Of a DNA stretch of 64,000 nucleotides, positions 48,479 to 64,000 are shown piece by piece. The stretch comes from Toensbergia leucococca (Eukaryota): assembly GCA_022813965.1 (NCBI GenBank), contig JALDZS010000022.1:62001-126000 (forward strand), read 5' to 3'. The notes under the pieces were generated by a model. It did no database searches, was not told where the DNA came from, and saw only the letters and a list, made by a program, of their open reading frames with translations. Both the position numbers and the translations under genes were made by a program. Position 1 is the first letter of the stretch. Each line of letters starts with the position of its first letter.

Positions 48479-50180
48479 ATGCACACCTTAAGCTTCACCC
48501 TGTCCCTTGAAGGTGTCGCTCGTGTACATGATGCTATCGTATGCCTTGCAAAGTTCAGTGAAGCTGTTTCATTAGAGGCTCGCCGTGACAAAGTGGGCCT
48601 CAACCATGCCCGAAAGGATAACGGCTGAAGCTCCTACTGATAGCTCTACCTTTCAGCTAGTCCTGACTGCCTTGAATTCTTCCAAATCTGCTTGTTCGTC
48701 TTTTCACCTTGACAAATCTGTGTTCTTTGAAAAATACAAGTATACCTCCAATGTGGCCAGCAATGGGGAGGGACGCTTTACATGCCAAGTATACAACAAA
48801 GTGTGTCGCGCATTATTCCATCATCATTGAGATATTGATGTCTCTTTTTCCTTTCACAGGCCCTTCTTTCTGTCTTCAAAGGCCGCGATGCAAGAGATAA
48901 GAACACTTCCGTTGAACGTTGCGAAGTCTCTATCCAAGACCAGCCTGACAAAACAGAATGTCGCCTGGTAATCAAGATGTTTTGTCGCCATGGTGTGTAT
49001 ATGATCTTGCCTCAAGAGACTGGAGATACTAAAGTCGACAATGCCAGGCGTCATCAAAACCTACAGACTTACCTACGAATCCGTAGAAATCATGCATGCC
49101 CTCTTCGACAAAGCAACTGCCAGGAACAAATGGACTATTGGCGCCATCGCCCTCAAGTCTTTCGCCGACTACTTCGGGCCTAACACCGAGCAACTCGACA
49201 TGTACTCCGAAGACGGCCGAGCAACATTTACGAGCTACACCGAAAAGATCATGGACGGCAAAGGTCTCCACCAAACTCCCAACTCCCCCTCAAAGAAAAG
49301 GCTAACCCCCCTTTCTTTCCCCCTCGTAAGAAATCCTCAAGCAACCCCTCCAAACATCCGTCACAATCGACATCCTCGACTTCGAAACCTTCGTCGTAGA
49401 AGAAAAACTCCACATCTGCATCAGCGTCAAGGACTTCCGAGCAATAGTCACTCACGCCGAAACTCTCAAAACCAGTATCCATGCTTCCTACTCTCGCCCA
49501 ACACGGCCAATGCAACTAGCCTATCATGAGCACGGCATGCAGTGCGAATTCACCCTAATGACCATAGGTGACTTCCGCAGCGCTTCCGCAACACCTGCTC
49601 CCGCAACATCTCGAGATACATCCGCAAGGCCAGCGGAGAGAGTAACTCCGACTCAGAAGAGCCCGTCGCAGGAGCATGGGCATCGACAAGCTAGCAATGC
49701 AATGCCTCCGCCCTCGCAGCCAGCATCCCGCAGCTTTCTCCGAGAGCCTGCGAGCCAACGCCCGCGAAGACCTTCTCCGCCGCCACCAAAGGCGAGTCTC
49801 GATCACGAAAGCCTCTTTTTGCCGCAGGAGGATGAGGACGAGCGGCAATGGGATGAGAGAGATTACGACAATGAAGACCAACTGGGGTATGATGTAAAGG
49901 CTGATGGCAATGTAAGGACCTTTGCCATCTCGGTGGTTTTAAACTGGCTGACCACCACGTTTCAGGATGCCATGGCTAAGGGCCCAAGTGGTGGGCATGG
50001 AGACCGTGGGACTCAGTCTAGATTGGCACCGTATCGGAGAGTGTATGAGGAAAATGCTAGACGTGTGCCGCCCACACAGCGGATATCTGAAGTATTTCAC
50101 TATGGTTTATGGCGAGCTGCATCGATAATGTCACTGACATTGGTTAGGTACATGGCATATTCGATGATTTAAACTCGTGA
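48479..50180 (+). CDS. rad9: 9-1-1 checkpoint clamp subunit Rad9 (Ddc1 family); multi-exon
   Basis: Reads MHTLSFTLSLEGVARVHDAIVCLAKFSEAVSLE, LVLTALNSSKSA, GVIKTYRLTYE, ILKQPLQTSVTID, SVKDFRAIVTHAE and CEFTLMT, followed by an acidic tail. Confidence 0.88.
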
Positions 50181-50312
50181 TATGTACAGACCAAATCCAA
50201 TGCCATAGTCTTTACTCATAAAAGCTATCTTCCCCAACATACGTCAAGCTAGATCATCATTGTTCAAAGAACATTATTTCAGCATGCTATCTCGTAGCCT
50301 TCTGAAGATGTT

Positions 50313-52031
50313 CTATTTGACCACACCCCACCCTTTCTCCCTCTTCCCCCCCTCAGCCATCACGCTCCACTCGTCTCCTATATTCACGTCCACATCCCTC
50401 GCCTCGTTACAAGCATCCCTAAAGATCCTCACAAACTCCCAAACCTCCACAAACGTATTATACAAGGGCGCTGGTGCCACACGCACTACATCCGGTTTCC
50501 GCTCATCCACCACCACACTTTGCGCCTCTAACACTTTCATCACGCCGTCTAGCATTCCTGGTTGCAAACGCACGCTTAGTTGGGCGCCACGCTCGGCAGG
50601 GTTGGAGGGTGTGATGACAGAGTATGTGCTTTTGGGTGATTGGGGGGTGACGTTGCTTTTGTTGCTAGTATGTTTGGGTAATGGAGGCTTGAGCAAGAGA
50701 TGTTCGAGGTAGGATGTTAGAGCTTGAGACTTCGTGCGGATGGCGGACATGGATGTTAGGTTAAAAACTTCTAGGGAGGCGAGGAGGGCGGTTAGGGCTA
50801 GGGCAGATGGGTTGCCGACTTGGAAGCCGGCGGCCCCGGGAATGGGAACGAAATCTAATTGGGCGTCGTTAACGTAAGGGTTTTTGTAAGGTGGTCGATG
50901 GAAAGGGGAGGAGAGCCATACGATTACCCATTACGAATCTAGTGGCCTTGTCACCGCCCCACCAGCCACTAAACCGCGGTCGGAAGCTAGCCTCGCTATA
51001 TGCGTCGGAGGACGTGTCAGCGTTACCGTGCTTGGAATGAACGAAGAGACCAGCTATGGAACCAGGGCCGGAATTGAGGTATTTGTAGTTGCACCAAGCT
51101 GCGAAGTCGACGTCCCAGTCATGGAGCTGTAGTTCAACGTTGCCGGCTGCGTGGGCCAGATCCCAGCCGATGAGGGTACCGTGGGAGTGAGCATGTGCGG
51201 TGATGGTTTTGATGTCGAAATATTGGCCTGTGTAGTATTGTATGCCAGGTAGGAGAATTAGAGCTGTGGAAGAGGCGTGCTCGTCGATGGTGGAGAGGAT
51301 ACGGGAGGTACTGATTGTTGACGATGCAGGGTCTCCGGGTTCAACGAGGATCATTGCATCCTTGGGATTGAAGTTGTGATGCCGGATTTGAGATTCTACT
51401 GCGTACTATATCGTGGGCGTCAGGATATGGATAATTCTCGGGCGATTCATCAGATAGATGCCTACATGATCACTCGGAAACGCCTTGCCTTCAATCAATA
51501 TTTTATACTTCTCTTTCGTAGGCCGGTAGAAGCTCGCCATCAAAAGATGCAAGTTCGCTGTCAGCGTCTCCATGACTGCGACCTCGGTTTTTTGTGCCCC
51601 CACAATGGGAGCCATGCGCTCGGCTGCAACATCGTCGATGTGCAGGAACGGAGGTAGTGATGAGTCGTCATGATCTGTGAAGTGACCGAGGACGCCCTTC
51701 GTGGCCCAGGCCCGGAGGTGCGAGCTGATGCGTTCGGGAGTCCGACGGGGTTGGAGCCCCAGGGAGTTGCCGCAGAGGTAGATGCAGGGTTGGTCGGCGT
51801 CGTCGTGCGCTTTCAGCCGGGACGATGGGTCAATTATGGATGTGGGCAGACATAGAGCATCGGGCGCACCATACTTGATTTTGCGAGGGTTTTGCTCTTG
51901 AGGTTTGCTTTTGTGGGTACGATGAACTCTTTTCGAAGATGTTTCAACGGGTCGTTGGCATCAAGAGTCTCAGCGTATTTTCGGGTCAAGGCCTCTTCTG
52001 TATCCATATTCCATCCGCGAGAATAGGACAT
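50313..52031 (-). CDS. BNA5: Kynureninase; about 4 exons
   Basis: Motifs [52 protein letters not shown], the PLP lysine in [18 protein letters not shown] and APAPLYN. Confidence 0.94.
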
Positions 52032-52202
52032 AATAAAATCTCGTCAGAAAGTGGTCTGTGAACATTGTTCATCGTCGTGGCCCTGGATGACGTCGAGTTT
52101 CTTAAGTTCGGTCTCGTTTATCAATCATTTTCGTAGTCAACAATCCTCCACTTACCGTACCATCAATACCAGGCATTGACACAGTATCTCGGAGCATTTC
52201 TG

Positions 52203-52930
52203 ATGGCCGCTACAAACCCAGCACATCAGTCTCTACGGCTGTTGACGAGAAAATATGAATGCTCTTATATAGCAAAAGCTGCTTTCCCTACTTCAACGGT
52301 CCGCCACATCAGAAATGAGCCCGCCCGCGAGTGTCCTCATAAATCACTTCAAACAGCCCCGCTCTCGAACAGCATCTTCTCATATCATTTGCCGAAGAGG
52401 AGGCTTTCGGGTATATATACCAGTCAACTTCAGCAGCGGCGGTGTTTTGCGGCCTCTAGCTCTGCTCGAGCAGTGGCAGTGACAGCCAATCCTCGTAAGG
52501 ACGAGAACGGAAATGACATGCTCATCGACATAACGTCTCGAGCCGCAATTGTAAGTTATTACAATTGTATTCTATTGGACTGGACGCTCGAGGCTAAAAA
52601 TCAGCAAAGCGCCTCCACGAAATAATGTCCAAAGACTCCAACCCTTCGCTCGCTCTACGTGTGACAGTCGAATCCGGCGGCTGTCACGGCTTCCAGTACC
52701 TCATGTCTCTGACCAATACTTCCGCCGTCTCCACTGAAGAAGATACAATCTTCGAGGCGAGTGATGGTACAGGCGCAAAAGTCGTGATGGATGAGCCGAG
52801 CTTGGAGCTTTTAAAGGGTAGCAAAATCGATTACACGATGGAGTTGATCGGAAGCCAATTCAAGATCGTGGGAAATCCGGCAGCAACGAGTAGCTGCGGA
52901 TGTGGGACGAGTTTTGATATTAAAAGTTGA
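52203..52930 (+). CDS. ISA2: Mitochondrial A-type Fe-S cluster assembly protein; 2 exons
   Basis: Motifs LRVTVESGGCHGFQY, IDYTMELIGSQF and NPAATSSCGCGTSF, preceded by a long basic presequence. Confidence 0.92.
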
Positions 52931-53779
52931 GCTGGACCTAAGTTGGTGATTCAATGGGGGTTGTCAGGTCTATGCATCCTGTAGAGGACTGCTGCTACAT
53001 CTGGCTAGGTGCATCGACCCTCCTCAAATATCACTTATTCATGCATCTAGGGAAGAACGCCGAGGGTTGTATTCCCAAGACTTTGCACTTCTCAAAGCCT
53101 GTGGTCACAGCACAAAACATGAGCTAAAGGCATCAGAGAGCCATCAATATACCTCGGATGTAAATGCCTTCTCCCAAGGGCCGATCATTGATATTCAAAG
53201 TGCCACTGAGTTTAACCATCTCCACGGCCGGATGACTCTATAAGTTGGAATGGCATGCTTCAGAGATAAAGTAATACGGCTTGTGACATTGCTTCACGAA
53301 GTAAAAGAGTAAGGCGGTGGAGAGTAAGATACATAAGTAGCTTTTGGCATGACAAGAGGATATCACAAGGATGAACGAACAGCGTAGACAAATATTAATG
53401 CACTCATTATACAGTCGAGGAATATGTGACAATTCGGTCCACAGTAGAAATTGTGGAGTATGACACAAGACGGCTCATATGCTACGAGTATGAGTGCTCT
53501 CAAGATCACACGTCAAAATCATCAATTATCCATTGACCCCTAATTAGTCATCCGCTCTAGCGTCTTCGCCAGGCTTCACTGTTAACGTTTTCTCTTTCCA
53601 ATTTTTTTTGCGCACTACCACATCATTACAACATTCAGTTCTGATTCATCAAACCTTTCCACCCTCACTCAACTTTACACTTGACATCGTAACAACTTCG
53701 TCTCTCTGCTCTTGACAAGTAGTAGACCTTACTTTGGCTGTTAATCTACTATACAAGGACGTCGTGATCAGGCGACATT

Positions 53780-56389
<2,610 letters not shown>

Positions 56390-59300
56390 GATCCTGATTT
56401 CTTTGCAACTCACAAAAGCAGTTGGCATGGACGGATATGGATAGGAACCCTGAAATTTGCATGGGTGTCCCCATCATGCTCAAATGGTTGTCGAATTTGC
56501 GACACGGGAGTCACTTCGCTCTTTTGTCCGGCGCAGTCCATGATATCCGACTGGTATGAGACCTAGGTCTGCCACATTAGATTTCTTTGCATCTTTCCAA
56601 CCCCCGGGCATCCGCACCCAGAGGCTTGAATGGCGATAGTATTTTAAGGATGGCGTCAATTGAGGAGGTCATCGGTCAATGTCTTGGAACCACATCTTAG
56701 ATCTCAATAGCACAAAAGGGTCGAAAAACTAGATTCATTCTAGACATACGTAAATTAAATCAAATGCCTGCAATCAGTCAAAGGTTGACCGGAACTGTCT
56801 GGAATGTCTCATGTTCCTTGATTTTCGGTAATGTTCACCCTTGAAGTTTGATTACTTGGTCATGCATTATTGATTCACAGTGTGGCACACTGATGATCGA
56901 TATTGACCTTCTTGTACGTAAGCCCGAGGCTCCATATGGTGATACTTCTATGTCTTGGATGGCAAATCATTGGCTGTCAATTAGCAGACCGATTGGCGGT
57001 GAAGAATTAAAAGTGTAAGCCGACAATCTCGGCTTCACGATCCTACTTCCAGCTTCCTCTCACTCTTCATTTAACCATTTCACATGCAGGATCGGAGCCC
57101 ATCAGCCACGCCTTCAACAATAATGCAGTGTGATTGCACAGAGATGACAATGAGATGAGGAGATGGCAGCATACGAGGCCGGTAAAGGCCCTGAAACCAT
57201 TGCCGCCCAAAATATTGTGCGCTTCTGTTGCGCATTTCTCTTGAAGTGGCAGTTCCAAGCAGTACCGATAGGCCCCTGATTCCATTATGTCACAATTGGC
57301 TCATTTTGGGGGTGTCGTTTTCCAGGGTGAAATACTGCGATGGTTCAGACTTCAAAGAGGTAGATATAAGAAACATGGAATGGAGTCTTTTAGTTGGATA
57401 GCTTCTGAAATAGCTTCAAGCTTGCCCTTTCCGAGCGCGTAGTCAATCCCAAGAGACTGCTTAGGACATTTCCATGGCCCAAAACCCTGGATCCACTAAC
57501 ATAGTGGCCGGTGGGATTCAACGTCGTACAAGTCGCACAAGATCTTCTGCATCTTGAGTTGATGAGTAAAGTTCCTTAATTGGACTCGTACTCGGGATTG
57601 TGTGGTGGCTATTCACATGATGACAGCATGACACATCGATCGCTTCTTCTCCACACCACCTGACGAAACTTATCGTGGCCGGGCTGACCGAGTTTCCCGG
57701 GCAGAAGCCAGATGCTCTCGACAGCATATGGAGCTTAGATACAGAGCTCCCAACCCCCCACTCAATTTTGCATCTTTCAGTTGTCAGATGTACAGGACGC
57801 TGACGTTGCAGCGCAGGATGCATGCATGTTGGCCAAGGGCCGAGCGTGTTGTCGCTTGCAGGATTTATTACGTATTGACTTGCGCGACCTGCAGATTGCA
57901 GTCTCTCAGTGCTGTCGAGTGGTGGAGGAAGATGCCGCTTACTGTAACAGCCTACATGCCGCGGCTTGATATCTGACTGGAGGGCGTGTGGAGGAGACAT
58001 ATAATCAAACCCATTTCACATGCGACTCGTTCGCTTGACTATCTCTATCTACGCCGTGTACTTATCTGTACATGCAATCAACACAGCCCCGCTTTGCCTT
58101 TGGCCTGTTTGATCCTCGTTCCCGTGCGACGTGGGTTGTATGGATGAGGTACCTAGTAGAGTGGCGGCATGTGGCCGAGTACTCCATGTTACCTGTCCAC
58201 CGCCATTTCAGCTTGCAGAAGCGCCCATTTGCAAAGTATCTGCAAGTACCTCTATCTCGGCACAGCGACGCCGAACAGGAAAGCAGGGGAAGGGATTATT
58301 ATTGCAGAGTATTTGCAGACTCAGCGTGACCACCTCCTGTGTGACGCCACAGAGCGCGACTGCGTGATTGGCAGACGGCCAGCCAATGCCCGATGTGAAT
58401 TTGCAAATGAACATTCCACCCCCAACTCCTTTGAGACCCTGACCAACACCTCGACCATACCGCCTTGGTCTTCGCTCATAAACTCCCCCATATCCCGCGT
58501 TGTGTCTAGCTGCATGTTCATGAGCTTGATCCTCAGCCTCACTAACAATCACTAAGAATCACTAAGAGAATCAAGCGACAACATCCAACCCACCAGCCAG
58601 CCGCCAAACTAGCCTCGCTTTTCTTCGAGTAGCTCGTTCCACACCTTGCGTTGGCATCGAATTAAAGTTAAGCAAACGCGAGCTTGCTCGTCTTGACGGT
58701 ATTTTCCGTCTCCGCCTGTTCGTCAGATCTTTCATCTTCCCACCCAGCCTCAAGCTAGTCCACTAGCTTTCTCCACTTGGTGCAAGCGACATATTCTAGA
58801 CAAAATCTCCGGATAGGTCAAGACCTCAGACATACGGCATTTACAAGAGGAAGTTGGAAGTAAGCGCGTCATCGTCACGCTGCACGGCAACTCGGCATTC
58901 TCGCGTTGGGAAACGGGATCAACTTATCATCTTGCGAACAACACAAAGTTTGAAACGCTAGACATTCGAGGCTTGAGACTTGCAACAGAGATCTTCCTGG
59001 GAGTCGGTAAAGTCGAAATACAAGGTACTTCCCGAAGCCTGTTGTCGACTCCTTGCAAGCGTCGTTGACGTTGAAGTGGTAATCCCTCGGTCCAAATATC
59101 GACAGGACTTGGGCCATTGGGACTGTCAGCAACATCGTCAATTACATCCAGTAAAAGCACAACTCTCTCGTGGTCGTGTGTCGCCACCAATAAATTTGCC
59201 AAGGCAGGGTGCGCCTTGACGGTGATCGACCTTCTCACAAAGCTCGGCCCCCCCGATTTCGCTCATCTAAAAGTAACACCTTTTGCTTTTAGCCACAGAA

Positions 59301-59790
59301 AGTATCTTATGTCCCCTCCTCAACCATTACGCCAGCCATAGGCCTTACTTAATTCTCTCTCGATCACTACCATTACCCGTAGCATCAGCCCATCTCGACA
59401 TTTCCCAAGAGCTTTAACCGCTCTCGTCCCCGGCTCAGGTCTAAAAAGTGCTTGTTGTTGATTAAATAGTTGGCCAACGCCAAAGACCTAGTACCCTTTC
59501 TTAGCTTGAAGCTTGTATCAGTTGGCTCACTCCGCAATCGACCTACCTATAAGCAATTCGCCGGCTCCAAACTAGAATTGAAGCTATTACCTTGGGTCCT
59601 GAAACACAAAGTCGTCGCTTTGCACTTCAGACCAAGCACCTGGCCGTCTAGCGTTCACGTTGAGCTTGAGCGATCGCTCTTATCTTTGCTGTGGTACCAA
59701 GCTAGGTGCCGCCTACTAAGTGTTGTTGTCGTTGCGGTACGTGGTACCTGACCGTCTTCACGTTGATTTGTGGCTACAGCGACTGACGAT

Positions 59791-61360
59791 ATGTCACAAC
59801 AGCACACCACACCAATCCGCTTCAACAACTTGATGGACAGAGGTGCCTCAGACCAATACGCGCAGTCAGGTTTGCATTAGTCCACCTATCCCGCCTTGGC
59901 CACCGAGTCTCAATCCTAAGAAGCAGCCGTAGATCAAGTATCTGCTGCGCAGTATACGCCTCAGCAAGAAGTGCGACCATCGAATTTCCAGCCCACCGCT
60001 ACTCCTACCTCCGAGTTCGCCGTCAAATCTGAATACAACGTCCAACCATCCTCGGCGCGTTCTGCCAATTTTCCACCGGAATACCTGGCGCGCCAACAAC
60101 AGTACGCGCAACAGCAGAATAGTCACCCCGGTACGGGAAGTATGGCACAAGCACCAAGTCCGTCCATGTCCTTGCAAGATGGACAACAGAATAACCATCA
60201 TAATGCACCCAATGTGAAGTCTAACCCCGAGGTCCCTATAGATCCATCCATAGCCGCGTCGAGTCCTAGTTACCCCGGCGGCCCTTACTCGCCCTACACT
60301 CCTCAAGGCCACGACATGTCCCACTACCAAGGCCAACCCCCGCCAGGTTATCATTGGCCACCGCAGCAATACGCTGGACACCCACACGGTATGCCTGGTG
60401 GACCTTACAGCTCACCTGGTACAGGTGTTTCTTCTACAGGATCTGCTGCTACTGCTGGACCTCGTCCTGGTCAGGTTCGTCACTCACTCACAAATAAAGA
60501 GATGTATTATCCTCATATGTGTCTAGAATCCTCATCCGCTGTCCCAGGTTTACTCCTTCGTTCCAATTCCAGGCGCTCAACAACATAAGCGCCCGCGTCG
60601 CCGCTACGAGGAGATCGAAAGAATGTATAAATGTGGATGGAACGGCTGCGAAAAGGCTTATGGCACATTGAATCACCTCAATGCACATGTCACGATGCAG
60701 TCGCACGGGCAGAAGCGCACACCCGAAGGTTCGTTGAATATTTCGATTGTCGCAAAGTCGTCTTTTTGGTTAGATTGGATCTTGTTTTATGGATCTCATT
60801 AGTCGTGTTACACAACATCAGCCTTGCGTTGGCGTTGGCACTATCACGAACTACACCCCACGCGAGCTTAATCCTTTAGAGGCGCTAGTATCAACCTTAG
60901 CGTAACTCGTTATGTTCATGGCTAGGCTGTGAGGCTAATACACATTGGTACAGAGTTCAAAGAGATCCGAAAAGAATGGAAAGCTCGGAAGAAGGAAGAA
61001 GACAATCAACGCAAGAGCGATGAGGAGAGACAGCGTTCGACCACCCAAGGCAGCCAAGTCGACGGCCAACCGGCTGATCCTGCTCAAGCACCCCAAGGAC
61101 AAAGCTACCCTGGTGGCGTTCGCCCACATCTTCCTCCCATCGGATACGCACCTGCCGGTGGTCAGGTTCCGGCGCAGTATGCTGGAGGGGTGGAGCAAAT
61201 GTATCAGCAGGGCAATGGTCAGGGATACCCGCCATACCCACATTCACCCTATGGACAGGGCCAACAGATGTACCAACAACGTCATACACCCTTGCAAGGC
61301 AGCTGAGAGCTGGAGGCTGATAGTGGAGTAGATCCTGATGCGGGAAATTACCCGTCATGA
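59791..61360 (+). CDS. con7: Con7-type C2H2 zinc-finger transcription factor; multi-exon; both ends uncertain
   Basis: Reads QVYSFVPIPGAQQHKRPRRRYEEIERMYKCGWNGCEKAYGTLNHLNAHVTMQSHGQKRTPE|EFKEIRKEWKARKKEE. The stop is at 61306 if unspliced, or 61360 if a last intron is removed. Confidence 0.88.
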
Positions 61361-62385
61361 AAAAGCTCTTAGCGTTCCAATGTCTCATTCTTCGTACGCC
61401 GCTCACGACATGTAAGATCGACATTTGGTATATCAGGTGGGAGTGGAGGAAAGGTAAAGCTGGCGGTTATCTGGTCACAAAGCAAGGAGTTGATGCATCC
61501 GGATGACCCGAAAGGCGATGTTGCAATCATTGGGTGATTGGTACGAATGACGGTTTCCTTTCTCTGCGAACCTTTTATTTTCGAATCTTTAATGCTGGCA
61601 GAAGGCCTGCAAAATACGTTGGGGGGATGCATTTCACTACGGTGAAATGGATTCAGTGGCAAGTGGTCAATTTATGTTTTTTGGTTTTTTACTGTAAGTA
61701 TGCATGAGGTCTGCTGGGGTATACCTTGTAGCTTCCCCACAACCTTTTTAATCATGTTCTTGTCAGAAGTGACGGAGTTTATTAGAGATGGAGAGAGCGA
61801 CGCAGAGGGGGCAATGACTTCTTCTGTACATGACGGGAATTTCATTTTGTGAAGTGCTACCTTAGTGTATCTTTCCAACAAATGAAAAGACTCGGGAGGG
61901 GAGGGCCATCCTTTCAGATTCTTTCCGTTTTTGTTTTTTTTAGGAATGCAAAAGACGGGTTTCAGCAGGCACACTTTCAATCCTTATGTCCCCTTGGTTT
62001 CTGTAGATCATGTACCTTTCATAGGTAGGCAGTGACAGCCCAACCTACGGCTTCTCTACAATTGGGCAGTGGGACACCCAAGCCCGTAATGTAGGTAGCT
62101 CCGTAGGGTAGGTAGGTAGCTCAGTAGATTGACATTCCATAAATCCCACTCTATTTGCTAAGCCCTACATGCCCTCCCCTGCCCTTCCTTGATTAGGCAC
62201 CTAGGTAGGTAGGTAGTCACGAGGAAATCACAACTCCCCTCCTCCGGGAGGTCCGTCGTTCATTTAGGTAGACAAGCCAGCGCTTATTTTAAAAGCGCTT
62301 ACAACCCCCACATTAAATCCCCCCTTTCCCGGTCCGGGTCCCCGTGGTTCCCTTATTTTCTACCTAGTCTTGGTTACACAGAAGC

Positions 62386-62417
62386 TAGGTAGGTAGGTAG
62401 GTAGGTAGGTAGGTAGG
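62386..62417 (+). repeat. (TAGG)n microsatellite of about 8 units, with shorter TAGG runs near 62091, 62108 and 62202
   Basis: Read directly from the sequence. Confidence 0.85.
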
Positions 62418-62764
62418 AATGACACCTTGGCAAGCTAGAGTAGAGTAGAGTGCAATCGGCCCCGGGAACTAGGGATAAGTAAGTAGGTAGGTGTAATGTT
62501 TTGGAGCTAGGTGGTTTTGTTTTAGCTGGAGGGGAAGGACGGGGGATAGCTAGTTGCTACCTCGATGGATTGGGGTTTGGAGGTTTGAGTTTTTTTGAGG
62601 GGTTGGGTTTGAGTTGATGGTTTCTGAAGACTGAGGTGCCTGAGTCAGAGTGAGTGATGTGAGCTTTTGAGGCTTTTGAGCTTGCGAGTGAATGGAGGGC
62701 TGGGTTGAGGGCTGAGGCTGAGGCTGAGGGTGAGTTTTTGAGGGGCGGTTGATTTGTTTCTCCT

Positions 62765-62786
62765 TTTTTTTTTTTTTTTTTTTTTT
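62765..62786 (+). repeat. Poly-T tract of about 22 nt
   Basis: Read directly from the sequence. Confidence 0.85.
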
Positions 62787-63574
62787 GGGTTGAGGGATTG
62801 ATGGTGAGTGAGGGGTTTTTTATGTTTGTGAAAGGGTAGGCAAGGGAAGGGAGGTTGAAGGCTGATGAGTGAGAGGGCGGGGGATCTTGTTGATAGAGAC
62901 TGAGTGAGATATTTGAGAAGTTTGCTTAAAGAATTTAAAGAGATGGAATTCAGATGAGAGGAGATGATCGAATACATCAATTCCTTTTTCAGAATATTTT
63001 CTTCTACTTTTTTCATCAGTGCTTAATTTCTCAATTCTCTCACCCTTATCATCACACCTTCCCTCACACAAAAAACAACTCAAACCCCGCCTCTCTCAGC
63101 TTCTTCTCACAAAAAACACACAGATCGCAGCACAGCAGTGAGACAAAGAAGTAAGCCGGTGAAAGAATCATCTTATTCTTCTATTTTTGAAATAACTTGT
63201 GACTTTTTTTGATGAATTTTCAACGGGGCAATTTTTTTGAACTGAAAAGAGGGATCGAGGAGAGAGAGGAAGAAGGAGAGTGGGGGGGTGAAATGTATGT
63301 GTGGTTTTTTGAGGAGGAGAAAAAAAATGAAAGAAATAAAGAATAATCAAAGGAGACTGATATCAATGATTCAAGGTAGATCTAGGTACTGATAACATTA
63401 TGGCAACAATCAGGGAAATGCAGTAAACATAAGAACGGGGTGGGTGTTTGAAAACTAGAGAGCTTTTTAGAGATGGTAACAGGAACGAGAATGCATTTAC
63501 ATCTTCTTTCCCTGCTAAAAAAAAGCCAATGGATAATCTAGACAACGCAGCCCTATCTCTAACTCCCAACTCCC

Positions 63575-64000
63575 TCAATCCCTCCACATCCCCAAACCAT
63601 CGTCTGCGACCCCTTCCTCCCAATCCTCGGCGCCATCATCGCCCTTCCCGCCCCCATCTCCACTCTTCCGCGCTTCCTCTTTCCCCGGCCCCTTACCCCC
63701 CACTGCATTCCTTTTTACCCACATGGACAACCTGGCCTTCCTCTCCATGCACCCTTGCTTCTCAGCCCGAGACAGATCCTCCCTCCCAACAGCCAAAACA
63801 TTATCATACCCACCAATCATGCCCTTGGCCAGCTCCATCACTTCCTCAAACTTTTTCCCTTTCTCGCCGCTGCCGCGTCCGTAGGCCCCGAAAAGGCTCT
63901 TCCAATTGGCAACGCAAAGCTCCATGTCGGTCAACGTTGTCAGTAGAACCCTCCAGGATGCAGTCTTCGAAACTGGATCAGTCATCACCGCCCGGGTAAG
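63575..64000 (-). CDS. 3' end of an unidentified protein-coding gene entering from beyond the window
   Basis: The frame is open from the window edge for about 140 codons and looks like protein (TDPVSKTASWRVLLTTLTDMELCVANWKSLF...). I do not recognise the family. Confidence 0.5.
   Translation of the reverse strand, partial: LTRAVMTDPVSKTASWRVLLTTLTDMELCVANWKSLFGAYGRGSGEKGKKFEEVMELAKGMIGGYDNVLAVGREDLSRAEKQGCMERKARLSMWVKRNAVGGKGPGKEEARKSGDGGGKGDDGAEDWEEGVADDGLGMWRD

Noticed and set aside
62090..62490. TAGG arrays as telomeric or CRISPR-like repeats
   Set aside because: They are not TTAGGG and have no spacer structure, so they are a simple microsatellite.

Overview
This is gene-dense, intron-containing nuclear DNA from a filamentous ascomycete (Pezizomycotina). 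The protein sequences look Eurotiomycete-like, which is my inference. I can support about 28 protein-coding genes, almost all housekeeping: BTA1 (partial), a VPS9-domain GEF, ATG15, NDUFAF7/MidA, CDK11/NpkA, GPR89, a Usp protein, an ECM13-like protein, NoxR, a nitrilase-family hydrolase divergent from uricase uaZ, MRPL23, an RRM protein, a CDH-cytochrome/b561 protein, TYR1, RPS14, AAR2, RPS16, ATS1, a THI20-like protein, an F-box/LRR-like protein, RAD9, BNA5, ISA2, DBP2, CON7 and a partial unknown gene. I recognised no tRNA, rRNA, CRISPR array or intact transposon. The most interesting signals are: (1) a perfect UaY-type TCGG-N6-CCGA site between uricase and an orphan C-N hydrolase; (2) a uricase whose PTS1-like tail lies in the +1 frame; (3) a nested stem structure in the 445-nt DBP2 intron; (4) repeated sharp switches from C/A-rich to G/T-rich sequence that ignore gene orientation; (5) four TGASTCA sites upstream of the ECM13-like gene; (6) a recurrent intergenic TACGGAGTA motif; (7) an isolated 20-bp inverted repeat; and (8) GC-AG introns, micro-exons and candidate TYR1 uORFs. 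Gene models were spliced by eye and family calls come from motif recall, not database searches. Boundaries may be off by a few bases.
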